This document shows, piece after piece, positions 47,631 to 56,899 of a stretch of DNA of 64,000 bases; position 1 is the first letter of the stretch, and every line of letters begins with the position of its first letter. The position numbers and the translations under genes are program-made. The notes below the pieces were generated by a model. The model made no database searches. It was not told the DNA's origin and was given only the letters and a program-made list of their open reading frames with translations. This stretch comes from Candidatus Eiseniibacteriota bacterium. Its GTDB lineage: Bacteria > Eisenbacteria > RBG-16-71-46 > CAVPCR01. Where the stretch lies: contig CAVPCR010000001.1 of the NCBI GenBank assembly GCA_963702435.1, positions 64,001 through 128,000 on the forward strand, in the 5' to 3' direction.

Positions 47631-49619
47631 ATGACCGAATCCGACCCGACCACCAAAGCCGACCCGACCACCGATCCGGACGCCCGGCTCGCCGCGCGCC
47701 TCGACGCGGCCCCGCGCGCGCCCGGCGTCTACATCATGCGCGACACGGCCGGCGAGATCCTCTACATCGGGAAGGCCAAGGATCTCCGGAGCCGCGTCCG
47801 TTCCTACTTCCACACGGCCGGCGACGGCCGCTTCCAGATCTCCTTCCTGGTCGACCGGGTGGCCGAGCTCGAGTTCCTGGTCACGACGACCGAGAAGGAC
47901 GCCCTCCTGCTCGAGAACAACCTCATCAAGCAGGCCAGGCCGCGCTACAACGTGCGGCTGCGCGACGACAAGTCGTACGTCATCTTGAAGATCAACGTCG
48001 AGCACCGCTGGCCGCGGGCCCTGGTGACGCGCGGCGCCCGGGACGACGGCGCGCTCTACTTCGGCCCCTACTCGTCGGCCGACAAGCTCCGGGCGACCGT
48101 GCGCGCTCTCCAGCGCATCTTCCCGCTCCGCCTGTGCACCGACCACACGCTCGCCAATCGGACGCGCCCTTGCGTCTACTACGACATCAAGATGTGCGCG
48201 GCGCCCTGCGTCGGGCGGGTCGCCGAGTCTGCGTACAAGGAGCACGTGGAGGGTCTCATCCAGTTCATGAAGGGGCGCGATCGCACGCTCCTCGACGACC
48301 TCCGGCGCCGGATGCAGGAGGCCGCCGCGACGCGCCGCTTCGAGGAGGCCGCGGAGATCCGCGACCGCATCGCGGCGATCGAGCTCACGGTCGAGCGGCA
48401 GCTCACCGAGGAGACGGGAGAGGACTACGACCGCGACGTCTTCGGCTATCACTGGGAGGGCGGGGAGCTCGCGATCCAGGCGCTCTTCTATCGCGGCGGC
48501 AAGCTCACGCACTCGAGCGCCCATCGCTTCCACACGCAGATGCCGGTCGGCGAGCTCCTCTCGAGCTTCCTCGTCCAGTTCTACGACGGCGAGCGGATGG
48601 TGCCGCCGGAGATCCTGGTCCCGGTCGAGATCGAGGATGCGGCCACACTCGCCGACTGGCTCGGCGAGAAGACGCGCCGCGCGGTGCGCATCGCCGCCCC
48701 CCGGCGCGGCGACAAGCGCGAGCAGGTGGAGATCGCGAACCAGAACGCGGCGCAGGCGCTCGTGGCGAGCCGGCAGGCCGAGGAGCGCCAGGCCGAGCTC
48801 CTCGAGTCGCTCCGCGAGAAGCTCGATCTCGCCGCGACCCCCGAGGTGATCGAGTGCTACGACATCTCGCACCTCGGCGGGCGCGAGACCGTGGGCTCCC
48901 GCGTCGTCTTCGCCGGCGGCCTCGCCGACAAGGACCGCTATCGCCGCTACCGGGTGCGCGCGGCCGACCCCGGGGACGACTTCGGCGCGCTCGCCGAGGT
49001 GCTCCGCCGCCGCCTCGCGCGCGGCATCGAGGACGGAGATCTCCCCGATCTCCTCGTCATCGACGGCGGCAAGGGCCAGCTCGCGCGCGTGCGCGAGGTG
49101 ATGGCCGAGCTCAACGTGGTGGACATCGACGTGATCGGGCTCGCCAAGGCGCGGCGAAAGCGGCGCCCCGCCCGCGCGGTCGCCGGCGGCGGCGGCGGGG
49201 GCGAGCCGGCGGTCGTCCGCACCGACGAGCGCGTGTTCAAGGCCGATCGCGCCGAACCGATCGTCCTCCGCCAGGACTCGGCCGAGAACCACTTCCTCGT
49301 CCGCATCCGCGATGAGGCGCACCGCTTCGCGATCACCTACCAGCGGCAGCTCAAGCGACGAAGCCTCACCCGGTCCCAGCTCGAGTCCATCCCCGGGATC
49401 GGGGCCCGGCGGCGGAGCGCGCTGCTCAAGGCGCTGGGCTCGGTCGCCGCGGTGAAGGAGGCCGGCATCGAGGACCTGGCGGCGATCCCCGGCATCGGCC
49501 GCCGCGCCGCCGCGGAGATCCACGCCTTCTTCCATGGGGGCGGCGGCGGCCAGAAGAGCGGCGAGCCGCCGGCGGCGGAGGACGCGGCAGAGGAGCAGGA
49601 AGACGCGGCGGAGACGTGA
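47631..49619 (+). CDS. uvrC: excinuclease ABC subunit C
   Basis: PGVYIM..ILYIGKAKDLRSRVRSYF, PRYNVRLRDDKSY, IECYDISH, PDLLVIDGGKGQL, IRDEAHRFAI, HhH motifs. Confidence 0.98.
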   Translation: MTESDPTTKADPTTDPDARLAARLDAAPRAPGVYIMRDTAGEILYIGKAKDLRSRVRSYFHTAGDGRFQISFLVDRVAELEFLVTTTEKDALLLENNLIKQARPRYNVRLRDDKSYVILKINVEHRWPRALVTRGARDDGALYFGPYSSADKLRATVRALQRIFPLRLCTDHTLANRTRPCVYYDIKMCAAPCVGRVAESAYKEHVEGLIQFMKGRDRTLLDDLRRRMQEAAATRRFEEAAEIRDRIAAIELTVERQLTEETGEDYDRDVFGYHWEGGELAIQALFYRGGKLTHSSAHRFHTQMPVGELLSSFLVQFYDGERMVPPEILVPVEIEDAATLADWLGEKTRRAVRIAAPRRGDKREQVEIANQNAAQALVASRQAEERQAELLESLREKLDLAATPEVIECYDISHLGGRETVGSRVVFAGGLADKDRYRRYRVRAADPGDDFGALAEVLRRRLARGIEDGDLPDLLVIDGGKGQLARVREVMAELNVVDIDVIGLAKARRKRRPARAVAGGGGGGEPAVVRTDERVFKADRAEPIVLRQDSAENHFLVRIRDEAHRFAITYQRQLKRRSLTRSQLESIPGIGARRRSALLKALGSVAAVKEAGIEDLAAIPGIGRRAAAEIHAFFHGGGGGQKSGEPPAAEDAAEEQEDAAET

Positions 49620-49685
49620 CGACCCCGGAGCTCGCACCGAGCACCGGGGTCGCCGTGCCGATCCGCGGTTGGGCCGCTCCGGCTG

Positions 49686-50669
49686 CTAGCGCTCGACGCG
49701 CTTCTCGGCCCGGATCTCGATCCGCCCGTTCTCGACCGTGACCTCGGCGTCGATGCCGCGCTCGCGGAGCGTGCGCTCGACCTCGGCCTTGATCTCCGCA
49801 TCCGGGCGGCCCTTGAGATCGGAGAAGTCCGGGAGCCCGACCTCGATCGGCGGCTCCTCGCCACCCGCACCCTGGATCCGCCGCTCGACGCGCGTCTCCT
49901 CGCCGTCCCCGCCGGCGCGGAACTGGAACTCGGTGCCATCGCCCGTGCGCCGGAAGGTGACCTCGGGATTCTCGAAGCCCATCCGCTCGAGCTCGGCGGC
50001 GACGTCGCGTTCGACCTCCGCCTCGCTCCGCCCCGCAGTCGCCACGCGAAGATCGCGCCAGCGGTTCGCCGCCTGCGCGTACACGGTGCCCGACTCCTGC
50101 TCGACCCATGGCCGGACGGCGAACGTCGCATGCACGTGCTTCGCCGCGAGCGATTGCGTGAAGGCACGGGCGATGGCCGTGGCTTCCGCCGGCGAGCGTC
50201 CGCGGAGCTTGGCGCTGAGAGCCGTCGTCTCCCCGGCGGCCACCCGGATCCCGTCGCTCGCGGTCGCCGCGCGGAAGGCGTCGGCCAGGGTGCGGAGGTC
50301 GGCAGGCGCATATGCGCCCTCGAGCGTGAGCGTGAGCTCCTGGCCCACCGTGCGCTCGTAGGAGAAGGGGATGAAGAGGAGGACGACGGCCACGGCGGCG
50401 GCCGCCGCCGCGGTCGCGAGCCAGCGATGCTCGGGGATCTGCTTCAAGATCGACATGAGAACACCCTCCCGGGATCGAGCGCGGGCACGCCGCGCGGTGT
50501 TGATGGCCATCGTGAGGTCGGGAAGATCGCGCGTGGTCACGGCGCCGAGCGCGGCGAGATCGCGGGCGAGATCGCCGTCAAGATCGCGGGCGAGATCGTC
50601 CGCGACCCGATCGCTCGCCGTCCGCTCCCGGGCGTCGCTCCGCTCCGGAGCGTTGTGGCTCGAGTTCAT
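49686..50669 (-). CDS. putative anti-sigma factor (single TM segment, extracytoplasmic domain)
   Basis: ATGA overlap with the ECF sigma gene. Short cytoplasmic N-terminus, TM segment WLATAAAAAAVAVVLLFIPF, large C-terminal domain. Confidence 0.7.
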   Translation of the reverse strand: MNSSHNAPERSDARERTASDRVADDLARDLDGDLARDLAALGAVTTRDLPDLTMAINTARRARARSREGVLMSILKQIPEHRWLATAAAAAAVAVVLLFIPFSYERTVGQELTLTLEGAYAPADLRTLADAFRAATASDGIRVAAGETTALSAKLRGRSPAEATAIARAFTQSLAAKHVHATFAVRPWVEQESGTVYAQAANRWRDLRVATAGRSEAEVERDVAAELERMGFENPEVTFRRTGDGTEFQFRAGGDGEETRVERRIQGAGGEEPPIEVGLPDFSDLKGRPDAEIKAEVERTLRERGIDAEVTVENGRIEIRAEKRVER

Positions 50670-51277
50670 GACGACACCCTCCCGAGCGGCGTCGAGCTCG
50701 CGAGCACGGACTCGGCGCCGGCGCGTTCGAGCGCCGCCGCCGGTCCGGCGAGTCCGAGCCGCCGGTAGTGCGCGCGGAGCCGCTCTCGACCCCGCACGAC
50801 GCGCGTCTTCACCGCCGACACGGTGACCTGCTGCATGGCCGCGATCTCCGCCATCGAGAAACCATCGATGTCATGGAGGACCACGGCCTCCCTTTGCACG
50901 GCGGGCAAGGCGGCGAGCGCCCGGGACGCTCGCTCCGCCCGCACGTGATCCTCCTCGCCGCGCCGCCCGTCGTCGCCGACCAGGTCACGCCCGGCGGCCA
51001 CGAGGTCCGCGATCGGCACGCACCGCCGCCAGAAGGCGCGGCGCGAGCGGCTGCGATGCACGGAGAGGAGAACCGCGTAGAACCACGACCGGAACTTCCG
51101 CTCGTCGCGGAGCGACATGAGCTTCGCGTGAGCGCGCACGACCGTCTCGGAGAAGAGGTCATCCCCATCGGCCCGCGAGCGGCAGAGCCGCCGGGCCGTG
51201 GTCTGGGCCTCGTCCGAGAAGGGCGTGAGGAGCCGGATCAGGGACTCCCAGCGCGCGTCACTCGTCGCTTCGTGCAT
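50666..51277 (-). CDS. ECF RNA polymerase sigma factor
   Basis: ARRLCRSRADGDDL, FRSWFYAV, ALAALPAVQREAVVLHDIDGFSMAEIA, AVKTRVVRGR. Confidence 0.93.
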   Translation of the reverse strand: MHEATSDARWESLIRLLTPFSDEAQTTARRLCRSRADGDDLFSETVVRAHAKLMSLRDERKFRSWFYAVLLSVHRSRSRRAFWRRCVPIADLVAAGRDLVGDDGRRGEEDHVRAERASRALAALPAVQREAVVLHDIDGFSMAEIAAMQQVTVSAVKTRVVRGRERLRAHYRRLGLAGPAAALERAGAESVLASSTPLGRVSS

Positions 51278-51373
51278 ACCTTCCGCTCGTGAGGGACACC
51301 GGTCTCGAGGTTCCGGACAGGAGACGCCGCGAGGGTCGCCGCCGGTCGCAGAAAAACGCGGCCGCGGCTTCTT

Positions 51374-52168
51374 TCAGGGCGAGGCCGCCCCACCGGGGGC
51401 GAACAGGTCGGTCCCGCGCCGGGTCGTTCGCGGCGCGCCGTGGGTCACGTAGCGCTCGATGGCGAAGCGCCCGTCGGCGCCGGGCAGGCTCGTCAACCGC
51501 TCGTAGAAGGGGAGCTGCGTCTGGTGACAGAAGATCGCCCGCCGCTTGACGCTGGCGTACGGCTCGGTGTCGATCTCGATCGTCACGTCCTCATCGGGCA
51601 CGAGCGGGAGCTCCCGGTAGTGCACGTGGCGCGTCACCGAGGCGGGGAGCGTGTAGTAGTGAAGGAGCGGCGGCCGCGCGCCGCCACCGCGCGCGGCCCC
51701 CATCCGCTCGACGGCGGCGGCGGCGAACGCGGTCATCCGCCGGTGGTCGGGATGGCCCGAGATCCCGGTCGGGTGGAAGGCGACCACGACCTCCGGTTCG
51801 ACCTCATCGAGGATCGCAAGGACGTCGTCCGTCCCGCGGTCCATCTCGATGTTCATGACGCCCCCGTCGGGATATCCGAGGAAGTCGAGGCGGCGGAAGC
51901 CGAGCACCTCGGCTGCCGCCTCGAGCTCCGCCTGGCGGATCCGGCCGAGGAGCGCCGGGCCGTAGGAACGGGAGTGGCCGATCGACCCGGCCTCGCCCCG
52001 CGTGCCGCAGACGAGCGTCATCTCCGCCCCCGCCGCGGCGTAGCGGGCGAAGGTGCCGCCCGGACCGAAGGTCTCGTCGTCGGGGTGCGCGAAGACGGCG
52101 ACCAGCCGGCGCGGGCGCGAACGCCCCTCCGGCGGCCGCCGGCCCGCTGGTGCAAGTGACGTTTCCAT
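51374..52168 (-). CDS. PIG-L/LmbE family deacetylase
   Basis: AVFAHPDDET, TRGEAG, RQAEL, LGYPDG, GISGHPDH, HQTQ. Confidence 0.93.
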   Translation of the reverse strand: METSLAPAGRRPPEGRSRPRRLVAVFAHPDDETFGPGGTFARYAAAGAEMTLVCGTRGEAGSIGHSRSYGPALLGRIRQAELEAAAEVLGFRRLDFLGYPDGGVMNIEMDRGTDDVLAILDEVEPEVVVAFHPTGISGHPDHRRMTAFAAAAVERMGAARGGGARPPLLHYYTLPASVTRHVHYRELPLVPDEDVTIEIDTEPYASVKRRAIFCHQTQLPFYERLTSLPGADGRFAIERYVTHGAPRTTRRGTDLFAPGGAASP

Positions 52169-52337
52169 GGGGTTTTCTTGTCGCGATGCGGGGAGCAGGA
52201 CCGGGAGGCGGACGGCCACCCGCACCGGCCAGCTTACCGGGACCGGGGACGGCGCTCAATCGGCCCGTGCCCGGACCGGCGGACCCGCCAGCACCTCGCC
52301 CGCCGGCGCCTCGCCCGCCCGCGCTTCGCCCGCCGCC

Positions 52338-52366
52338 TTGACATCGCCCCCGCTCTCCCCTATCTT
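52338..52366 (+). promoter_or_regulatory. sigma70 promoter
   Basis: TTGACA-N17-TATCTT. Confidence 0.7.
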
Positions 52367-52427
52367 CCGAGTCTCCCACATCTTAGTGCTCGTGGCGCGT
52401 TCACCTTCCCCCAGCGGGTTTCGAACC

Positions 52428-53474
52428 ATGCGACATGCCCCGTCCGCCCAGGCCCAGTGCCGGCTCGGCGCGCGCGCCGGAGCGATGGCCGGCCTCGCGC
52501 TCGCCACTCTCCTCGCCGCGGCTTGCGATGTCGACGATCCGGATCGGCTCGCCTCCAACCAGCGCTTCGTTCCGGTCACCTTCGACGCCGCGACCGCTGT
52601 GGTGCCGGCAGGCACGGTCACGATCGCGACCTCCGGGAACGAGATCGCCGTCGAGGCCACGGACCTCCCGGCGCTCGAAGCCCCGGGCGGCGGCGCGCCC
52701 GGCTGGGCCTACGAGGGGTGGATCCTCTATCCGTTCGCCGACACGACGGGCTACATCCCGGCCGGTCGCTTCCGCATCCCGGCGCCGTCCGGGGACGACG
52801 AGTTCCCCACCGGCGAGGCCCGATTCACCTACGCGCGAGACGGATCGTTCACGCTCGAGTCCGCGGGCACGACCCTCGCCCAGGGCCTGCCGATGCCGGA
52901 CACGCTCGATTTCACCGAGGACGTCAGCTTCCTCCTCGCGATCGAGCCCGATCCCGATAGCGAGCCCGCCCAGCCCGGCTACACCCACCTGCTCGTGAGC
53001 AAGGAGGTGCTCAGCGCCGGCGGCGGTGCGCTCATCGTCCCGGTGAACCCGCGCACGCCGCAGGCCGGCGACTTCTCGACGCTCGACGGCGAGGCGAACG
53101 TGAACACGGCGACCGGCGAGTTCGCCCTCGTCTTCGAGTTCATGCCCTACTTCGTGCGCTCGAGCCCGCCGAACGATCCGGGCCTCACCTACCAGGCCTG
53201 GTTCGTGGACGACGACGGCGCCGCACCCCGCTACCAGTCGATCGCGCGCTTCAATCCGAACGTCGTCGGGGACGCGAGCCTGAACGGCGTGCTCTATCCG
53301 GGCGATCTGGACGGCGACGGCGTCCCGGAGCCGCTCGATCTCGATCGCGTGCTCATCACGATCGAGCCCGACATGATCACCGCTCAGCAGCCGGCCGGGC
53401 AGGGCGTGGACACGAGCGGCGACCTGTTCCAGACCGTGCCCTACAGGGAGACGCTCCCGGACGTGCTGCCCTGA
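52428..53474 (+). CDS. hypothetical lipoprotein with two internally repeated beta domains
   Basis: Lipobox LLAAA-C. Repeated motifs AYEGWI..GRF..LLAIEPD and TYQAWF..ARF..LITIEPD. GDLDGDG loop. Confidence 0.8.
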   Translation: MRHAPSAQAQCRLGARAGAMAGLALATLLAAACDVDDPDRLASNQRFVPVTFDAATAVVPAGTVTIATSGNEIAVEATDLPALEAPGGGAPGWAYEGWILYPFADTTGYIPAGRFRIPAPSGDDEFPTGEARFTYARDGSFTLESAGTTLAQGLPMPDTLDFTEDVSFLLAIEPDPDSEPAQPGYTHLLVSKEVLSAGGGALIVPVNPRTPQAGDFSTLDGEANVNTATGEFALVFEFMPYFVRSSPPNDPGLTYQAWFVDDDGAAPRYQSIARFNPNVVGDASLNGVLYPGDLDGDGVPEPLDLDRVLITIEPDMITAQQPAGQGVDTSGDLFQTVPYRETLPDVLP

Positions 53475-53508
53475 CGTGTGACGGGGGCGCCGGCCCGCGC
53501 GCCCGCGC

Positions 53509-54321
53509 TCACCACTTGAGCAGGCGCCGGAGCCGCTTGGCCTGCGCGCGCGAGAGCGGGATCTCGGTTCCCGCCTTGTCCGCCATCTTCAGCCGATAGG
53601 TGCCCGAGAACCAGGGGATGATCTCGGTCACCTTGTTGATGTTGGCGAGATAGCTCCGGTGCACGCGGATGAAGATGTCGGGATCGAGATCGGCCTCGAG
53701 CTCCTCGAGGGTCCGATAGCCCGTCACCTCGGAGATATCCCTCGTCACCGCATACACGGTGCCGTCGGCGATGTAGGCGTAGACGACGCTCTCGGCATCG
53801 ATCAGCCCGAGCCGCTCGCCGCGCTTGACCGGGATCCGCTTCAGGTGCTCGCCGCGCCGGCCGATGGCGTCGATCAGGGCGTCCAGGTTGGGCGCCCCGC
53901 TCTCGGGCTGGCTCATGCGCTCCTTGACCTTGTCGATCGCCGCCTTGAGCCGCTTCTTCTCGACGGGCTTCAGCAGATAGTCGGTGGCGCTCACCTCGAA
54001 GGCCCGGATCGCGTACTGGTCGTACGCGGTGACGAAGACGATCCGCGGCGCGATCTGCCGCCGATTCAGGTTCTTCACCACCTGGAAACCGTCGGCGCCC
54101 GGCATGCGGATGTCGAGAAAGGCGATGTGCGGTCGCACGCGCTCGATGAGCGACTCGGCCTCGACTCCGTTCTGCGCTTCCCCGACCACCTCGACCTCGG
54201 GAAACCCGGCGAGGAGGTGCGTCAGCTCCTCGCGGGCGAGCGGCTCGTCGTCCACCACCACCGCGCGGATGCGCGTGCCCTCGGCGACGGGCTCGGCGGC
54301 GGGTTCGTTTCCCTTGCGCAT
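53509..54321 (-). CDS. LytTR-family response regulator
   Basis: VVDDEPLAR, FLDIRMP, VFVTAYDQYAIRAF, DYLLKP, FIRVHRSYLAN. Confidence 0.96.
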   Translation of the reverse strand: MRKGNEPAAEPVAEGTRIRAVVVDDEPLAREELTHLLAGFPEVEVVGEAQNGVEAESLIERVRPHIAFLDIRMPGADGFQVVKNLNRRQIAPRIVFVTAYDQYAIRAFEVSATDYLLKPVEKKRLKAAIDKVKERMSQPESGAPNLDALIDAIGRRGEHLKRIPVKRGERLGLIDAESVVYAYIADGTVYAVTRDISEVTGYRTLEELEADLDPDIFIRVHRSYLANINKVTEIIPWFSGTYRLKMADKAGTEIPLSRAQAKRLRRLLKW

Positions 54322-54348
54322 GCGGTTCTCCTCGCGGGCGGGGCCGCT

Positions 54349-55707
54349 CTAGCCGCGCCCGTTCATGACCGGGTTCCCCGGGCGTCCGCCCCGGAGACTC
54401 GCCGGACCGGCATCGCTCGTCGGGATCGCGATCCTGACCTCGGTGCCCTGCCCCGGCTGGCTCTTGAGCTCGAGCCCGTGATTGGGGCCGTACATGACCC
54501 GGAGGCGCTCGTGCACGTTGCGGACGCCGATGCCGCGCGTGAGGGCCTCGGCCACGCGTTCCTCGGGCATGCCGACGCCGTCGTCGGCGATCGTGAGCAC
54601 GAGCTGCCCGTCCTCGCGGACGGCCCGGATGTGGATGGTGCCGCCGGTGAGCGAGGCGGCGATGCCGTGCTTGATCGCGTTCTCGACCAGGGGCTGGAGC
54701 AGCATGGTCGGCACCGGAATGCCGAGCAGCGCCGGATCGATCTCCTTGACCACGCGCAGCATGTGCGGCCCGAAGCGCACGGTCTCGATGTCGAGGTAGT
54801 CGTCGATGAACTGGAGCTCGTCGCGCAGCGGAACGAAGTCCTCGTGCGGCTCGAGCGCGCGGCGCAGGATGGCCGAGAGCTTGACGATCATCTCGCGCGC
54901 GCGGTCCGAGTTGGTGCGGATCGAGGAGCTGATCGAATTGAGCGTGTTGAACAGGAAATGGGGGTTGATCTGGCTGCGGAGCGCGTCGTAACGGGCCTGG
55001 GCGAGGAGCCGCGCCTGGTCCTCGAGCTTGGTCTCCATGCGCTCCGAGTTGAACACCTTGATCGCGATGCCGATCGCGGAGAGGACCCCGGCCCACACCG
55101 CGATCCGCGTCCAGGGGTGCTCGGGCGCGAGGCTGTAGAGCCAGGTCGGCCGGAGCTGGCTCACCGCGTCGCGGACGAGACAGAGGCCGAGGCTCGTGCC
55201 GACGATGACGGCGCGCGGATCGAGAGCGCGGCGGAGGACGGCGCTCCGCAGCGCCTGGTAGATGTCGAGCGGCGGGATCGGCGAGAACTCCCAGATCGAC
55301 TCGCCGAGGAGGCGGCCGCGCCCGACGAGACCGCCGACCACGCCCACGGTGACCATGGCCGGGAGCGCGAGCCACTCCCCGCCCACGAACCCCGGCGCCC
55401 CGGCCAGGGCGCCGACCACGAGCCCCGGGTGGATGCCGCCGACGAGCCCCGCCACGTAGGCCCCCTCGAGGCTCAGGTCGAGCGCCTGGTAGTTCAAGAT
55501 CACGCGGAGGAGGCTCCCGAGGAAGAACGGGAGCCCGAGCCAGAGCGCGATGATCGCCTGGGTGCGCACGGTGCGGCGGCTCGTGAACAGCGCCCCGGCG
55601 AAGCGGCGCGAGCGCACGAGGAAGCTCGTCAAGCTCGCCATCACGCCGAGCTTGACGAGAACGAGAACCAGGATGAACTGGTCGCCGCTTAAGGTGACTT
55701 CGCGCAT
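54349..55707 (-). CDS. LytS/YehU-type membrane histidine kinase
   Basis: Multi-TM N-terminus, LRSQINPHFLFNTLN, YLDIETVRF, LLQPLVENAIKHG, DDGVG, GIGVRNV. Confidence 0.95.
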   Translation of the reverse strand: MREVTLSGDQFILVLVLVKLGVMASLTSFLVRSRRFAGALFTSRRTVRTQAIIALWLGLPFFLGSLLRVILNYQALDLSLEGAYVAGLVGGIHPGLVVGALAGAPGFVGGEWLALPAMVTVGVVGGLVGRGRLLGESIWEFSPIPPLDIYQALRSAVLRRALDPRAVIVGTSLGLCLVRDAVSQLRPTWLYSLAPEHPWTRIAVWAGVLSAIGIAIKVFNSERMETKLEDQARLLAQARYDALRSQINPHFLFNTLNSISSSIRTNSDRAREMIVKLSAILRRALEPHEDFVPLRDELQFIDDYLDIETVRFGPHMLRVVKEIDPALLGIPVPTMLLQPLVENAIKHGIAASLTGGTIHIRAVREDGQLVLTIADDGVGMPEERVAEALTRGIGVRNVHERLRVMYGPNHGLELKSQPGQGTEVRIAIPTSDAGPASLRGGRPGNPVMNGRG

Positions 55708-55773
55708 GGATTCCAGGGTCGTCGGGAGGAGGCCGTTCCGATGGCGATCGGTGGTCGTTCCGATCCGGGACCG

Positions 55774-55802
55774 ATGCTAGAATCCGGCGCGCGGAGTGTC
55801 AA
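55774..55802 (-). promoter_or_regulatory. sigma70 promoter for the LytS/LytTR pair, overlapping a plus-strand extended -10
   Basis: Minus strand TTGACA-N17-TAGCAT. Plus strand TG-C-TAGAAT at 55775-55783. Confidence 0.6.
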
Positions 55803-55825
55803 GCAATCGACCAGGTGGGTGAACC

Positions 55826-56899
55826 ATGCAGATCGCGATCGTCGGGTTGCCGTGGACCGGAAAGACAACGCTCTTCCATACGCTGGCCGCCTATGCCGGC
55901 GCGAGCGCTCCGCACGGCGGAGCGGGGGCCGTCGCGCACGCCGTCGTCCGCGTGCCCGACCGGCGCCTCGACCATCTGCACACCATCCATCCGCGCGCCA
56001 AGCGGACGCCGGCGACCATCGAGTACCTCGACGTGCCGGGCCTCGATCTGCGCCGCGAGCGCGGGCACGGGGTGCCCGGGGCGATCCTCGCCCAGATCAA
56101 GAACGCGCGAGCGCTCCTCGAGGTGATCGGCGGGTTCGGCGAGGATCAGCCGGCGGACCTCGCGGAGCAGGTGCGCCTGTGGCGCGCCGACGTCGAGCTC
56201 ATGGAGACCGAGATGCTCATCGGCGATCTCCAGATCGTCGAGAAACGGCGCGAGCGGCTGGGCCGGCAGATGAAGAAGGGGAAGCGGCCGGAGGACGAGC
56301 GCGAGGACGCGCTCCTCCAGCGCTGCGAGACGGCGCTCGGCGATTCGCTCCCGCTCCGGCGGCTCCCGCTCACGACCGAGGAGCAGATCATGCTCGGGGG
56401 CTTCCAGCTCCTGACGCAGAAGCTCATCCTCCGCGTCGTCAACGTGCGCGAGGACCGGATCGGTGCGGCGGCGGAGATCGCGCGGCTGTGGGGCGAGGAT
56501 CCGCCGCTGGTCGTGGCCGCCAAGATCGAGGAGGAGATCGCTCTGCTCCCCGAGGAGGAGCGCGCCGCCTTCCTTGCCGACCTCGGCCTCGAGGCCCCGG
56601 CCCTCGACCGGTTGATGCGCGCGTCGTACCGCCTCCTCGGGCTCATCTCCTTCTTCACGATGGGCGACACCGATGTCCGCGCGTGGACCGTTCCCGCCGG
56701 CACCACCGCGCAGCCCGCCGCGGGCGAGATCCACACGGACCTCGAGCGCGGCTTCATCCGGGCCGAGGTCGTCGCCTACGACGTCCTCGTCACCTGCGGC
56801 TCCCTCGAGGCGTGCAAGAAGCGCGGACTCCTGCGCCTGGAAGGGAAAGAATACGTGGTGGCGGACGGCGACATCATGACCATCCGCTTCAGCGTGTGA
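55826..56899 (+). CDS. ychF: YchF-family (Obg-like) ATPase, divergent
   Basis: IVGLPWTGKTTLF, VPDRRLD, IEYLDVPGL, LLGLISFFT, VRAWT, AGEIHTDLERGFIRAEV, RLEGKEYVVADGDI. Confidence 0.9.
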   Translation: MQIAIVGLPWTGKTTLFHTLAAYAGASAPHGGAGAVAHAVVRVPDRRLDHLHTIHPRAKRTPATIEYLDVPGLDLRRERGHGVPGAILAQIKNARALLEVIGGFGEDQPADLAEQVRLWRADVELMETEMLIGDLQIVEKRRERLGRQMKKGKRPEDEREDALLQRCETALGDSLPLRRLPLTTEEQIMLGGFQLLTQKLILRVVNVREDRIGAAAEIARLWGEDPPLVVAAKIEEEIALLPEEERAAFLADLGLEAPALDRLMRASYRLLGLISFFTMGDTDVRAWTVPAGTTAQPAAGEIHTDLERGFIRAEVVAYDVLVTCGSLEACKKRGLLRLEGKEYVVADGDIMTIRFSV

